Of a DNA stretch of 64,000 nt, positions 36,726-47,583 are shown piece by piece. The stretch lies in IMG/VR virus record IMGVR_UViG_3300031992_000072, positions 16,402 through 80,401 of that record; one strand, 5' to 3'. The position numbers and the translations under genes are program-made. Under the pieces are notes generated by a model, which did no database searches, had not been told where the DNA came from, and saw nothing but the letters and a program-made list of their open reading frames with translations. This DNA comes from a virus. Its lineage: Duplodnaviria > Caudoviricetes. Each line of letters starts with the position of its first letter. Positions within the stretch are counted from its first letter, which is position 1.

Positions 36726-37109
36726 ATGGAGATTAGTATCCCTAAGTTTGTGTTTGATAAGGAATATTCAACACAGTGGAGGCGTGAAGTACAGTTTCTT
36801 GAGGATAAGGGAATTGCTTATACTTATGCTAAGAAGAATCCTAAATATCCGATCATAAGGTATAAATATACTAAAACGCCTGAACTCTTTTTAGCCCTGG
36901 CTGAGTTTTACAACCAGGTTCGTAATGAACAGTTCTTCAAAAAGGCAGAAAAGACAGCGGAAACTGTAAAGCTGCCGATTGAGGAAGGATGTATTACGCT
37001 TAAGCCGGAAGAGATGACAAACGCTGAAAAGAAACTTATGGAAGTAACTGAGGAAGAAGTAATTGCCGTACTTGATGACAGCTCTACTGTCAAAGATGAT
37101 ACGGAGTGA
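36726..37109 (+). CDS. Conserved phage protein (DUF5659-like)
   Basis: YSTQWRREVQFLEDKGI..YKYTKTPELF..L..FY; start reset to ATG 36726. Confidence 0.6.
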   Translation: MEISIPKFVFDKEYSTQWRREVQFLEDKGIAYTYAKKNPKYPIIRYKYTKTPELFLALAEFYNQVRNEQFFKKAEKTAETVKLPIEEGCITLKPEEMTNAEKKLMEVTEEEVIAVLDDSSTVKDDTE

Positions 37110-37115
37110 TGCCCT

Positions 37116-38054
37116 GTGGCTTTAATTTTATCCAAACCACGAAATAATAAAGCGCCTACCCAGACGAAACTTTGTTTGCATTGCAACCAGACTAAACCTT
37201 TGTCGCAGTTTTACGCAAACAGGAACTGGGTTGCGAACGGAAATAAAGACGCATGGTGCAAACAGTGTCTGGCTAAAATCAGGACCAAGGATGAAATGAG
37301 AAGATATTTCTGGGAAAACAACAGGGAATGGAAAGAAAATGTCTGGGAGAATGCTTTGAAACAGGCAGAAGTACAGGCTTCCAAGTCTACTGTTTACCAG
37401 AAGTCCAACGAGGAAAGAAGGCATATTCTTCTTGAGTCTGTTGCGTGTCCCATAATTCCGAAACTGATGCAGCAAACACAGAATTATAAGTACGAAGACC
37501 ACACACAGGACGTGAACACAAACAATTACGATGAAGCCAAAGAAAGCGGAAAGATCGTAGAACTTAATCCTTCAAATCCTTCAGCGGCAAAAGACAAAAA
37601 TCTTAAAGTATACAACGAATTCTTCAACGGCGAATTTAAGCCTGCGGAAATTGAGTATCTTGAGAATTATTACTCAGGACTTGAAGAAGATTTTGACTTG
37701 TCGGATATAGCATTAAGGGATTCTGCGAAAAAGGTGGCAAAGGCTTCTTTGCTTGCGGATAAAGCACAGAATGAATATATGCTTGGACGTGGGTCTTTGC
37801 AGGATGTTAAGGACGCAAACGCTGTTTTGGATATGCTCATGAAAACAGGTAATTTTGCGGCGTGCAAACGTAAACCCGGAGACAAGAATACTTTGAATAA
37901 CTGGGCTGAGACTACACAATATTGTGAAACACATGGTCATCCGTGTATTAAAAAAATTGAATGGCCTAAAGATGTTGTTGACACAGCGTTGGACGGTTTG
38001 GGCTATATAATTGAGTCCTTACGGGATGATGATATGGGTGATGTAAATGAGTAG
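37116..38054 (+). CDS. Putative terminase small subunit with N-terminal Zn finger
   Basis: CLHC..WCKQC; directly upstream of and overlapping the large terminase. Confidence 0.6.
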   Translation: MALILSKPRNNKAPTQTKLCLHCNQTKPLSQFYANRNWVANGNKDAWCKQCLAKIRTKDEMRRYFWENNREWKENVWENALKQAEVQASKSTVYQKSNEERRHILLESVACPIIPKLMQQTQNYKYEDHTQDVNTNNYDEAKESGKIVELNPSNPSAAKDKNLKVYNEFFNGEFKPAEIEYLENYYSGLEEDFDLSDIALRDSAKKVAKASLLADKAQNEYMLGRGSLQDVKDANAVLDMLMKTGNFAACKRKPGDKNTLNNWAETTQYCETHGHPCIKKIEWPKDVVDTALDGLGYIIESLRDDDMGDVNE

Positions 38055-39738
38055 AACCTTTAATCGCTCAGGACAGATCTCCAACTGGGACGCAATTGAA
38101 GAACAGATTATTTACTATCGTACCCATATGGATATGTTTATCGAGGATGCGTTTGCTCCTGTTAAACTTACTCCTGTTCAGCATGTTATAGCCAGAGGCG
38201 TAGGAAATGCTACAACCTCAGCTGTTGTTGCTTCCCGTGGATATGGTAAAACATGGCTTACTGCTTTTATTGCAGTAAGCCTTGGCTGTTTGTATCCGGG
38301 AACTTCAATTCTTGTAGTTGCGCCAACCGCTGATCAAGCTACACGTATTGCTGAAAAGATACGTGACCTGTGCAACGAGAACGAAAATTTCAGAAATGAA
38401 ATTAAACCTACAAACGCAAGGACATACGTTTCAATTTCAAAGGATGAGTCAACAGTAAACTTAAAAAACGGTTCTGTTATATGCTCTGTCCCTATGATCC
38501 GTGCACGTTCAAGGCGTGCTAAAATGGTTATTGTCGATGAAGCACGGGATATAGATATGGACATTTTAAGGGCAGTTGTTAATCCTACAAGAAATGAAAC
38601 AAGATATAATGCAAGAACATATGGTTTTGATGACTTTGACTCAAAACTTATTTACATTACTTCAGCCTGCCCGAAAAACTTTGCTTTCTTTGAAGAGTTT
38701 CAGCGTATCGTTAAACGAAGGGCTATGGGAGATATGTCTTATTTTGCTATTGTTTTGCACTATAAAACTCCTATAGCCGAGGGGCTTACCAAAGAAAGCT
38801 TCTACGAAGAAGAACGAAGAAGCAATCCTGAATCTACTTTTGCTATGGAATATGAATCCAAATTCTTAGGATCATCTGAGAATTCAGCGCTTCCTTTTGA
38901 CTTAGTTCAGAGTTGCAGGACTTTAAACATTGTTGAAATGGAACAGCCGAAAGGTTCCAAGTCCAGATATGTTTTGTCTTTGGACATTGCAACGTCAAAA
39001 GCAAAAGGATCGGATAACAGCATTTTAATAATGCATAAGTTTAATGAAAAAAAAGACGGCTCTTTCAGCCGTCAGATTGTTCATATTCGTTCTTTTAATG
39101 GTGTACCTCTGGACAGGCTTACGGAAATAGTCCGTAAATATTATCATATTAAATTTCCGAATACAGAAAAAATAATTTATGACGCCAGAGGTATTGGAGA
39201 CAGTTTTGACAGATTTTTTGACAAAGCATGGATTGATATGGAATCCGGTAAGGAATTTCCTCCTTTGGTCGTAGACGACGAACCTTTAACAAATCCTGAC
39301 GCAATTCAGGCTTTACACCCTTTCAGGGCTGTAAATACTCTTAATCAGCGTATTTATACGAATTTAAGGGTTGCTCTTGAAAAACAAACCATTGAACTTC
39401 CAAGTTCTTCAAGAATTATCAAGGAAAAGCTGAATGAACTTGATAAAAAAATGGACAAAGAAGAATTTGCAAATTTTATTGAAGCAGATGCTTTACAAAT
39501 TGAAATGGGTAATATTGTTGCAAAAACAGGAGCAAGCGGCAATGTCCTGTATGACGTTCCGAAATCTACTATGCATAAGGACAGATACTCTTCTTTGGCT
39601 ATGGGAAATGATTATATTTCTGAGCTTGAAAAAGAAAGTATCAGAATGCATCAGCATGGGCCTGTTTGTGTAGGTGTTGTCGGAGGTTTTGAAGATGCGG
39701 CTTCAAAACGTATTATGAAATCATTTGGAAAATTTTAA
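38047..39738 (+). CDS. Terminase large subunit
   Basis: ASRGYGKT Walker A, VIVDEAR Walker B, ITSA motif, SLDIA and KDRYSSL nuclease motifs. Confidence 0.93.
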   Translation: MSRTFNRSGQISNWDAIEEQIIYYRTHMDMFIEDAFAPVKLTPVQHVIARGVGNATTSAVVASRGYGKTWLTAFIAVSLGCLYPGTSILVVAPTADQATRIAEKIRDLCNENENFRNEIKPTNARTYVSISKDESTVNLKNGSVICSVPMIRARSRRAKMVIVDEARDIDMDILRAVVNPTRNETRYNARTYGFDDFDSKLIYITSACPKNFAFFEEFQRIVKRRAMGDMSYFAIVLHYKTPIAEGLTKESFYEEERRSNPESTFAMEYESKFLGSSENSALPFDLVQSCRTLNIVEMEQPKGSKSRYVLSLDIATSKAKGSDNSILIMHKFNEKKDGSFSRQIVHIRSFNGVPLDRLTEIVRKYYHIKFPNTEKIIYDARGIGDSFDRFFDKAWIDMESGKEFPPLVVDDEPLTNPDAIQALHPFRAVNTLNQRIYTNLRVALEKQTIELPSSSRIIKEKLNELDKKMDKEEFANFIEADALQIEMGNIVAKTGASGNVLYDVPKSTMHKDRYSSLAMGNDYISELEKESIRMHQHGPVCVGVVGGFEDAASKRIMKSFGKF

Positions 39739-39757
39739 GGAAAGGGGCTGAGTCCCG

Positions 39758-41329
39758 ATGGGTTTAATTGATCGGCTGTTTAGCCGAAAAGAAACAGTTG
39801 TGGCTGATCAGCCTCAAAAAAAACAAATAGCAGTTGGAGCGGGAAAAGAAAGTGATCAGGAAACGATTCAAAGTTTTTCCAATTCCAACTTTACATTCAG
39901 TGGGGATTTGTCAAACTATGATTACGTATCAATTCTCCGCGACAAGCAGAATAATATTCAATCTTTCTATCAGCTGGCAGACTATTATACGGACGCAGAT
40001 CCTATTGTTCATGGAATCATAAAGCATGTATATGTTCCTTTTTCTACCTGTTCTGATTGGTATCTTACAGGTTCGAAACAAAAAACATATGCTCTTTACG
40101 AAGAACAGTATAAACGAATGCGACTGAGAGAAAAAATTGATGCTATTATGCTTGAAATCTGGAAATACAACAATGTTTGTTGTTATTTATATGATGGCGA
40201 TCTTATTACTCTTCCTGTAAATAAATGGAGAATCGGTAATACCATGTTTAACGGAACACCGATTGTAGACTATGATTGTCAGAGTATTTTAAACGAAATC
40301 CAGATGAAACCTTACAGCATCGATGAAAAATTCGCAAAGGACAGTCAGCAGGAATATATTCTTAAAGGCTATCCTGAAGAAATTCAGAAAGCTATAAAAG
40401 CAGGACAACAATATGCACAGCTTGATCCTGCAAATACGTTTGTGCTACAGGGTTCTAAGGAAAGCTGGCAAAGATATGCTATTCCGTTTATTTCAGCCGC
40501 TCTCAGGGCTCTTGCAAAGAAAGAACTGATTTCAAGCTATGAGGACGCAATGCTGAATATTGGTAAACGAAGCTTCGTTCATGTAAAATACGGAGAAAGT
40601 TCCAAGACAACTGATATTCTTCCGGATCAGGTCCAGCTTGCAGCAGTAAGGAAAATATTCCTGTCCGCAATGAGCGGAACGCCTCTTGCGGTTACAAATC
40701 ATTTAGCAAGCGCTGAACCCATTCAGTTTGATATGGATGACTTATTCCAATGGGACAAGTATCGTAATGTTAATAACGACATTCTTTCAGCCGGAGGAAT
40801 CAGCGGAGTTCTGGTAACAGGAGTTTCTGAAGATGGTTCTACGTTTGCTTCTGCTCAGGTTTCAACGCAAACTGCTGAAGCACGTATAAATTCCATTCGT
40901 GATGAATTCTGCGAAATGATGACACAGATAAACAAACGTCTTGCCGAGGTTATTCCTGGAACGTACAACCTTAAAGAAACGCCTGAATTCCATTTTCAGC
41001 CATTGACAATGGAAGGTAAAAAAGCATTGCGCGAAAAAGCGCTTGAGCTTTGGGAAAAGGGTGTCGTTTCTACGCAGCATATGCTTGAAACACAAGGCTA
41101 TTCAATCGAAGTAGAAAAGGCGAACAGAGAAAAAGAAAAGAAAGACGGAACGGATGAAGTTATGATTCCGAGAGAACTTTCTGACATGCAATATACAGAA
41201 GAAACAACCAATAAAGTAGGACGTCCGGAAATGGACGATACTGAACGAACATCTGATCCTGAATCCGCTATACGTGGCAAACAGCCAAAACCGAGTAATC
41301 CGGAAGGATCAATGAGTGATGGGACGTAA
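39758..41329 (+). CDS. Portal protein
   Basis: 523 aa immediately after the terminase; position and size typical. Confidence 0.8.
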   Translation: MGLIDRLFSRKETVVADQPQKKQIAVGAGKESDQETIQSFSNSNFTFSGDLSNYDYVSILRDKQNNIQSFYQLADYYTDADPIVHGIIKHVYVPFSTCSDWYLTGSKQKTYALYEEQYKRMRLREKIDAIMLEIWKYNNVCCYLYDGDLITLPVNKWRIGNTMFNGTPIVDYDCQSILNEIQMKPYSIDEKFAKDSQQEYILKGYPEEIQKAIKAGQQYAQLDPANTFVLQGSKESWQRYAIPFISAALRALAKKELISSYEDAMLNIGKRSFVHVKYGESSKTTDILPDQVQLAAVRKIFLSAMSGTPLAVTNHLASAEPIQFDMDDLFQWDKYRNVNNDILSAGGISGVLVTGVSEDGSTFASAQVSTQTAEARINSIRDEFCEMMTQINKRLAEVIPGTYNLKETPEFHFQPLTMEGKKALREKALELWEKGVVSTQHMLETQGYSIEVEKANREKEKKDGTDEVMIPRELSDMQYTEETTNKVGRPEMDDTERTSDPESAIRGKQPKPSNPEGSMSDGT

Positions 41330-41623
41330 CATGCTTCAGGCGTCTTTAAATAAACTGAGAGCTATAAGGTTGTTGCGCCTTAAAGCAACGTTGTTGTGGT
41401 AACGGCTCCCAAAAGCCGACAAACGGATAGTTCTATCAGCGCCTCTTACTAACGGACAACATCCAATTTTAGCGTTACGTAATGCGCACCTTGATAGTGC
41501 TGGGCATTCTTCGGATGTAAGTCCCAGCATTTTTGATGCAATCGTTCTTTCAGAACGTTTGTATAGATTAGCCTTGCGCTCTTTGTCTTCCCCCATCGAA
41601 CGCAAAGCAAAGGGAGAGTGCTT

Positions 41624-42868
41624 ATGAGCAAAATTACTTTTGCTTCTGTTATCTCCGAAATCCAACAGTCTGATGTTTTCATGACTGTGAAAGCTCGCAT
41701 CTGCGAAGCTCCTGAGGCTAATCTTAACGGAGCAAGAGTTACCGAAGCTTTCATTGATGAAATTGTAGGTAATGAAGCGCGGTATGTCGGGCTGCCGCTG
41801 TATGCTGATAAAAAAGCTTTAATTGGCGGCAACTACAATCGCCTTGGTCATCTGTATGACACAAAAACAGGCGAATTTCATTCTACGCAAATCGGATCGT
41901 TTTATAAGTTTGAAAAACAAACCAATGGAGACACATGCTATCTTGTTGGATATGCACGTATTCCAAAGCGCAATAAAAAACTTAGCAAAGCTATTTCTGA
42001 ACTTTTTGCAGATGGAGCTTTGAAATTTTCATTTGAGCTTTCTGTTGGTGAGTATGAAGAACTTGATGATGAAACAATCCTGATCGATGCGTCTGAAAAC
42101 AATTATTTGGAAGGCACAGCCATTGTGACCTATCCCGCCTGCGAAGATGCTGTGGCACTTGAACTGGTGGCACAGAAAGCAGATGAGACCAGAAAGGGTG
42201 ATGAGGAAATGGCAGAAGTCGAAAACAAGGCTGAAGTTGTTGAAACAGAAGCCGCTCAGCCTGAACTGGCTGAAGAAGAAAAGGAAGTTTCTGAAGAAAC
42301 TGAAGAAGTCGAAGCGGCCTGCAAAGATAAAAAAGAAAAGGCCGAAGAAGAAACCGCCGCTGTTGTAACTCATGAATACCATGAAGAACGTCATACAAGC
42401 ATGGCATATGATACAGAGACTGGCAAAGAAGTAAGCCAGACTGTAACAATTGAAACTGTCAGCAATAACGTTCAGGAAGGTACTCTTGTAGAATCTGCGG
42501 ATGGCGTTCATGTTGCTGAGGAAGTTGTTGCTGAAGATGAAACTCCTTCTTCTGATCCGCCTGCTGATGACAGCACGGATTCCAATGATGGAGACGATTC
42601 CGGCGACGACGAAGAAGAAGATCCGGTTCCGGAGGAAACGGATCAGGACAGTTACGAGCCTCGCAAAAAGAAAACTGCTGAACAGATGATTTCAGATCTT
42701 ATTGAAGTTGTTGCTGAATTAAAATCTGAAATTGAAGATCTTAAAAAGCAGAAAGAACAAAAACAAGTAACTGCAGAAATTAACCCCTTTATGAGCGATA
42801 TCAACGCTAAGGGCAAGTACACATTACTTGAATCGGATACCGCTCCTTCGCAATACACGCTGCTTTAA
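41624..42868 (+). CDS. Prohead protease/scaffold fusion
   Basis: N-terminal KFSFEL..AIVTYPA protease-like part; long acidic coiled C-terminal part. Confidence 0.75.
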   Translation: MSKITFASVISEIQQSDVFMTVKARICEAPEANLNGARVTEAFIDEIVGNEARYVGLPLYADKKALIGGNYNRLGHLYDTKTGEFHSTQIGSFYKFEKQTNGDTCYLVGYARIPKRNKKLSKAISELFADGALKFSFELSVGEYEELDDETILIDASENNYLEGTAIVTYPACEDAVALELVAQKADETRKGDEEMAEVENKAEVVETEAAQPELAEEEKEVSEETEEVEAACKDKKEKAEEETAAVVTHEYHEERHTSMAYDTETGKEVSQTVTIETVSNNVQEGTLVESADGVHVAEEVVAEDETPSSDPPADDSTDSNDGDDSGDDEEEDPVPEETDQDSYEPRKKKTAEQMISDLIEVVAELKSEIEDLKKQKEQKQVTAEINPFMSDINAKGKYTLLESDTAPSQYTLL

Positions 42869-42902
42869 GCGTGTTAATTTTTTATGAAAGGACTGAATAG
42901 CT

Positions 42903-43334
42903 ATGGCTGGCTATATGACAAAGCTTCAGGGCTATGTATACGAAGGCGAGCTTGTTAATGGTGCTTCCGCTGCTGTTGAGAACGGTATTCTGATGGTTCA
43001 GGGTACGAGCACGGACGCTGGTAAGCTGAAGCTGATTGGCAGTGCTGATACTACTACTAAGCTCCTGTGCAAGGAAGTTACAACTATTTATGATGGTGTT
43101 ACTGCGTATCGTTTTGTTGTTAATAAGCTGAATGCCAATTATTATTTTGTTGAAAATGGCTTTGATATTAACGACAATGCTGCTTATGATAAGCGGACTT
43201 ATACTACCCCTGTCGGCGCTGAGCTGCGTGCTCATCCGCTGCTGGTTGGTGAAGAATTTGTGACCGATAAAGTGACCGGGACTATCGCTGCCGGAACCGA
43301 GTACGGCGTGAAGACCGATGGCACTATCGGTTAA
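42903..43334 (+). CDS. Head decoration/minor capsid protein
   Basis: 143 aa, just before the capsid gene, high-expression codon usage. Confidence 0.65.
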   Translation: MAGYMTKLQGYVYEGELVNGASAAVENGILMVQGTSTDAGKLKLIGSADTTTKLLCKEVTTIYDGVTAYRFVVNKLNANYYFVENGFDINDNAAYDKRTYTTPVGAELRAHPLLVGEEFVTDKVTGTIAAGTEYGVKTDGTIG

Positions 43335-43349
43335 TGGGAGGTGCCGAAA

Positions 43350-44354
43350 ATGAGTGAAATTAACGTTTCCCGCGATAGCAAGCTCATCAAGGTGCTTGCC
43401 GCACAGGTCAACAATCAACGTGTTGACTCTGACAAGTCCGAAGAAGCTGCTCAGATTATCTCTGAACTGGCTCAGGATATGAATCCCCAGAACATGCATC
43501 AGATTGCTCAGATTGTTGGCTATACTGTTGATGAACTGCAGCAGAAATCTCTTGATTTCCTGAATCTGGTTGCTGATATCAAGAACATTGGCTATGGCGA
43601 CAAGGCTGCGTTTAAAGTACGCACTGGCGGCATTAAGGCTGTGTTCCAGGCTAAAGGTGCTACTGCGCCTCGTAGCTACGTGGCTGACAGCCAGATCCTG
43701 GTTGAAACCCGGGAAATCGCGGCTCGTCCTGCCATTAACATTGTTGATCTGCGTACCAATCGTGTGCAGATGTCCGAACTGATCCGTCTTGCGAATGAAG
43801 CGATTACTCTGAAGAAGATTGCTCTGGTTGAAACTGTACTGCACGATTCTATCGATAACTACAGCTCTCCGTTCTATGCGGCTTCCGGCACGACTCCTCT
43901 GGTTATTGCTACTCTGGATGCTCAGCTGAATTACTTCCGTAGGCTTGGTCCTGTGACGCTGCTTGGCGACATCGCCGCTGTAAGTCAGCTGGCTGGTCAT
44001 ACTGGTATGGCTGTCAGTGCTACTGGCAAGCAGTTCTCCGGAGATCTGATCAATGAAAACAATAATAATGGTTTCATCGGTCGTTATCGTGGCTGCGACG
44101 TCATTGCTATGACAAACGCTTATGCCGAAGGTCAGACTGCTCATCCGATCCTGGCTGAAGACTGGATTTACATCATTCCCGGCGGTCAGAGCCCTGATAT
44201 GCGGAACCTCAAGATTGTTAACGAAGGCCCCGTTAACTCCATGGCTTCTCAGAACATTGACGACAGGACTTATGAAATCCTGCTCGATCAGTGGTTCGGT
44301 GTTGCTTTTGTGGTTGGAAAAAATCCGACCAGCGGTGCTCATTATATTGGATAA
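43350..44354 (+). CDS. Major capsid protein
   Basis: About 334 aa, high-expression codon usage, position, followed by a hairpin terminator (about 44365-44395). Confidence 0.8.
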   Translation: MSEINVSRDSKLIKVLAAQVNNQRVDSDKSEEAAQIISELAQDMNPQNMHQIAQIVGYTVDELQQKSLDFLNLVADIKNIGYGDKAAFKVRTGGIKAVFQAKGATAPRSYVADSQILVETREIAARPAINIVDLRTNRVQMSELIRLANEAITLKKIALVETVLHDSIDNYSSPFYAASGTTPLVIATLDAQLNYFRRLGPVTLLGDIAAVSQLAGHTGMAVSATGKQFSGDLINENNNNGFIGRYRGCDVIAMTNAYAEGQTAHPILAEDWIYIIPGGQSPDMRNLKIVNEGPVNSMASQNIDDRTYEILLDQWFGVAFVVGKNPTSGAHYIG

Positions 44355-44416
44355 TCAAACTACGGGACGGCGGTTTCTTGCCGCCGTCCCTTTTTCTAAG
44401 AAAGGTATGAAGGATT

Positions 44417-44866
44417 ATGGATGGAGATATGAAATACCGCGTCTATAACAGATGCAAATATGACATTGGTGTCAATTTATTATCTGGACAACAAGCTAAT
44501 ATTGCAGCAGGCAATTTTATTATGCTGTCTGTAAATGACATTCTTTATATTGAAGGTCTGTCCAAAAGGAAAGTTTTCTCTGCCAAAATGCTGGTTCCGG
44601 TAGATGAAAACAACAATGACGTAGCTCTCGAAGATATTGGCGGATATCCGGATGCTTATGCAACACCTCATCTCAGTGACGAGGAAATTATTGATAAGCT
44701 TGGTAAATCGGCAAAAGCAATCGGGGCATGGCTTGATACGATTGAAGAACCGGAAGAGCTTCATGCAATTTATAAGGTTGCTAAAGAGTTGGATTTACCT
44801 GCCAGCAAATTAAAAATTCTTCAGGCAAAAATGCCAAATAAGGACATGCTCGAAGAAGATGAATAA
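44417..44866 (+). CDS. Virion-module hypothetical protein
   Basis: ORF after the capsid gene. Confidence 0.7.
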   Translation: MDGDMKYRVYNRCKYDIGVNLLSGQQANIAAGNFIMLSVNDILYIEGLSKRKVFSAKMLVPVDENNNDVALEDIGGYPDAYATPHLSDEEIIDKLGKSAKAIGAWLDTIEEPEELHAIYKVAKELDLPASKLKILQAKMPNKDMLEEDE

Positions 44867-44877
44867 TACAGGAAGGA

Positions 44878-45321
44878 GTGATTGACATGTACAATATTGA
44901 AGAAGTCGCTAAAGAACTGAAGTTCGACAATGCATGGCGCAGTACTCCATATCCTGTCCCAGACAGCGATTATGTTAAAATTGTTGTATGGGCAATTAAA
45001 AAATTTTATGTGGATGTCAATCACCCGGACCAGTATGACCGAACTTTGTTTATAACTGACGAACAGAATATCCTGTACTATGACTATGACTTTGATATCC
45101 TTCAGGAAGAGTATATGTATATTTTATGTAAAATGCATTTTCTTAATCTTGTTTATAGCGAATTAGCCGGAGATGGAGCAGTAAGTTATACAACAAATGC
45201 TTTATCTGTTACTGGCGCTAAAGAAGGATATAAGTCTGTTCAACAGGAGCTTGATGCTCTCGAACAGGAACGGATTCGTGTTTTCCATAAAATGATGGCT
45301 CGTGATACGTCCGAGTCGTAA
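44878..45321 (+). CDS. Putative head-tail adaptor
   Basis: Position and helical composition. Confidence 0.5.
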   Translation: MIDMYNIEEVAKELKFDNAWRSTPYPVPDSDYVKIVVWAIKKFYVDVNHPDQYDRTLFITDEQNILYYDYDFDILQEEYMYILCKMHFLNLVYSELAGDGAVSYTTNALSVTGAKEGYKSVQQELDALEQERIRVFHKMMARDTSES

Positions 45322-45332
45322 GGGTGATGTAA

Positions 45333-45665
45333 ATGAGTGATTTTAAAGTGAAAATCTCATACAAAAACAAAGATATGGAAACCGTTGTTGAAAAAGAATA
45401 TGACTTTTTAGATTACACAATGTTAATCAACCTTGATTTGAAAAAAATTTTAGGTCTTATTGAAAATTCGTTTTCTTATTTCAATGACGGTAAGCCAAAA
45501 CAAGAATGGTCGAAAGAATCGTTAGAACGCTTCAATGAAATTCGGCATAAACTTCTTGATCAGGCAAACGCTGTAAAAAGGCTACCGGAAACACTTTTTT
45601 ATAAAGATGTTTCTGCAAACACTGTAAGTTTCAGCGAGTGTATCGCAAAAATTATAAATAAATAA
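45333..45665 (+). CDS. Hypothetical protein
   Basis: 110-aa ORF. Confidence 0.65.
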   Translation: MSDFKVKISYKNKDMETVVEKEYDFLDYTMLINLDLKKILGLIENSFSYFNDGKPKQEWSKESLERFNEIRHKLLDQANAVKRLPETLFYKDVSANTVSFSECIAKIINK

Positions 45666-45678
45666 AGAAGGTGAGCCA

Positions 45679-46467
45679 ATGTCTATTCCCTATGTACCGC
45701 AAGGTACAACTAAGCGGTTCAGGGTTCCTCGGACACTGGCTGCTGATTTTGATTCCTTTTTAAATATGGATATACCTAATACAGTAATGGATTTTGAGTT
45801 GGTTCGTAATTGGTATGACAAAAACAAAACAGAATATGAGCCAGCTTATGTTCGCGCAGAAATATATCCTGATGCAACTAAATCCAGATATGAAAATACC
45901 GATAATAATATGAATATACGTTTTTCTTTAAAAGACGATATTCGTAAAGGCGATATGGTTATAGAACCGGATGGTACTATTTATATTCTGGACTGGGCAA
46001 TCCATAAAGAATCAAATAACGCTCCTTCACGGGCTTTAAGATGCAATATGATGCTTGAAGTGTATGAGTATCAAAACGCAACAGTAGACGAAGAAGGTTA
46101 TCTTGTAGATGACGAGGGATACGTAATCAGCGGTGAAAAATATTCAAAACATGCTGAAAACAATAAAAAGAACAATAAAAAGATTATTGTAAACAGTATT
46201 CCTGCTAATGCATACAGGTATGACGGGCGTCCTGAATATGTTGCTGTTTCCGGAACTCCTGGTACAATTGCCGGAATATTAACATTAATGACAGTACAAT
46301 TTAATGCTCAAACAAAGAACATCCTTATTGGGAATTATTTTGATTGGGCTGACAATACGTATGAAATTGTAGATGTTAATGAAGTTGGTGTTGATATCAC
46401 TGGAGAATATGGAACACTGAAACTTCAAGCTAAAAGAGCGGCTGGTGGTTTACATGGCTACGAATAA
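45679..46467 (+). CDS. Putative head closure protein
   Basis: Beta-rich; position in the neck cluster. Confidence 0.5.
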   Translation: MSIPYVPQGTTKRFRVPRTLAADFDSFLNMDIPNTVMDFELVRNWYDKNKTEYEPAYVRAEIYPDATKSRYENTDNNMNIRFSLKDDIRKGDMVIEPDGTIYILDWAIHKESNNAPSRALRCNMMLEVYEYQNATVDEEGYLVDDEGYVISGEKYSKHAENNKKNNKKIIVNSIPANAYRYDGRPEYVAVSGTPGTIAGILTLMTVQFNAQTKNILIGNYFDWADNTYEIVDVNEVGVDITGEYGTLKLQAKRAAGGLHGYE

Positions 46468-46963
46468 TATAGCAGATATTGTTATATCTTACGTTGATGT
46501 AGAACCAATAAACATAGCCATTAAAAGTCGGGCAGAAGCACTGGCTTCGCAAATGAACCCAGAAGCTGCAGAAGAGTTTGTGTCTGAAATGAGTGAATTA
46601 ATCTGTGATGTTGAACAAAAAGGCGATTCAATTTCGTTTAAAATAAAAGCATCTGATGCTTATCTTCTCGAATATCTTAAGAACCATGGTACTCCTGTTC
46701 TGGGCGGCGACAATGGTATAGCACATAATGTAGATGGGTCTACATATAAAAGCCAAGTTCCTTCGCACCTATGGGGAACACCATTACCGGATCTTGAACT
46801 TCCTACTTTAGCAGGAGAAGATGAGGCATATCATATTGCAGAAATAATGGCTCCAGACGCAACGCAAAATGCGGTAAGCGAAAGCAAATCAGAAATTGCA
46901 GAATTGGTTGTAAAACCATTTATAACGGAACAACTGCGGAATATAGGAGGTGATGATCCATGA
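46454..46963 (+). CDS. Putative neck/tail completion protein
   Basis: Position; overlaps both neighbours. Confidence 0.45.
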   Translation: MATNNIADIVISYVDVEPINIAIKSRAEALASQMNPEAAEEFVSEMSELICDVEQKGDSISFKIKASDAYLLEYLKNHGTPVLGGDNGIAHNVDGSTYKSQVPSHLWGTPLPDLELPTLAGEDEAYHIAEIMAPDATQNAVSESKSEIAELVVKPFITEQLRNIGGDDP

Positions 46964-47424
46964 TGGGCTGGATTAACGCATGGAATACCATTATTCGTAA
47001 AGTTATATGGCCCGACCATGAACTCAAAACCTTAATGAAGATGCCTCCTAAAACTGGTATTATTCAATTTGTTGAACGTTATTTTATTCAGGCTGGATAT
47101 TCTAACAAATTACTTACAGACGAAGCAGTACGTATAGTTTATTCAGATACACAAGGATATGAAACAGAAGTTCCTAATATTAAAAAGAACTTAATGATGT
47201 TTGATATTTATGTAAAAGATAGTGAAATGCGAAATATAGGCGATGATCGTCTTATAACTCGTGACCAGTTAATTGTTGAAAGACTATATAAGTTGTTAAC
47301 AAACGAACGTTATCTTCACGAAACAGGATATCGTTTCTGGATCGCAGGAGATTGGGACGGAGGAACAAGAGTTACAGGTTATCATCGTAAAACCATTGCG
47401 TTTTATTACATGAAAGTTTATTAA
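46960..47424 (+). CDS. Putative tail terminator
   Basis: Directly upstream of the tail tube gene. Confidence 0.5.
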   Translation: MMGWINAWNTIIRKVIWPDHELKTLMKMPPKTGIIQFVERYFIQAGYSNKLLTDEAVRIVYSDTQGYETEVPNIKKNLMMFDIYVKDSEMRNIGDDRLITRDQLIVERLYKLLTNERYLHETGYRFWIAGDWDGGTRVTGYHRKTIAFYYMKVY

Positions 47425-47583
47425 CAGTTATAACTGCCGCCATGATACAAGGTGGCTAATAAATATTGCATCAAAGGTTATCTGAAGGCCTCTTAATAAG
47501 TATAACCAACTGAAAGCTAAAGAGAGGGGAAGCTCAGAAGCTTGATGTTTGTTATAAATACACAAAGAAAGAGGTCATGTACT

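Noticed and set aside
42882-44342. 486-aa minus-strand ORF
   Set aside because: Antisense to the decoration and capsid genes; typical shadow ORF.
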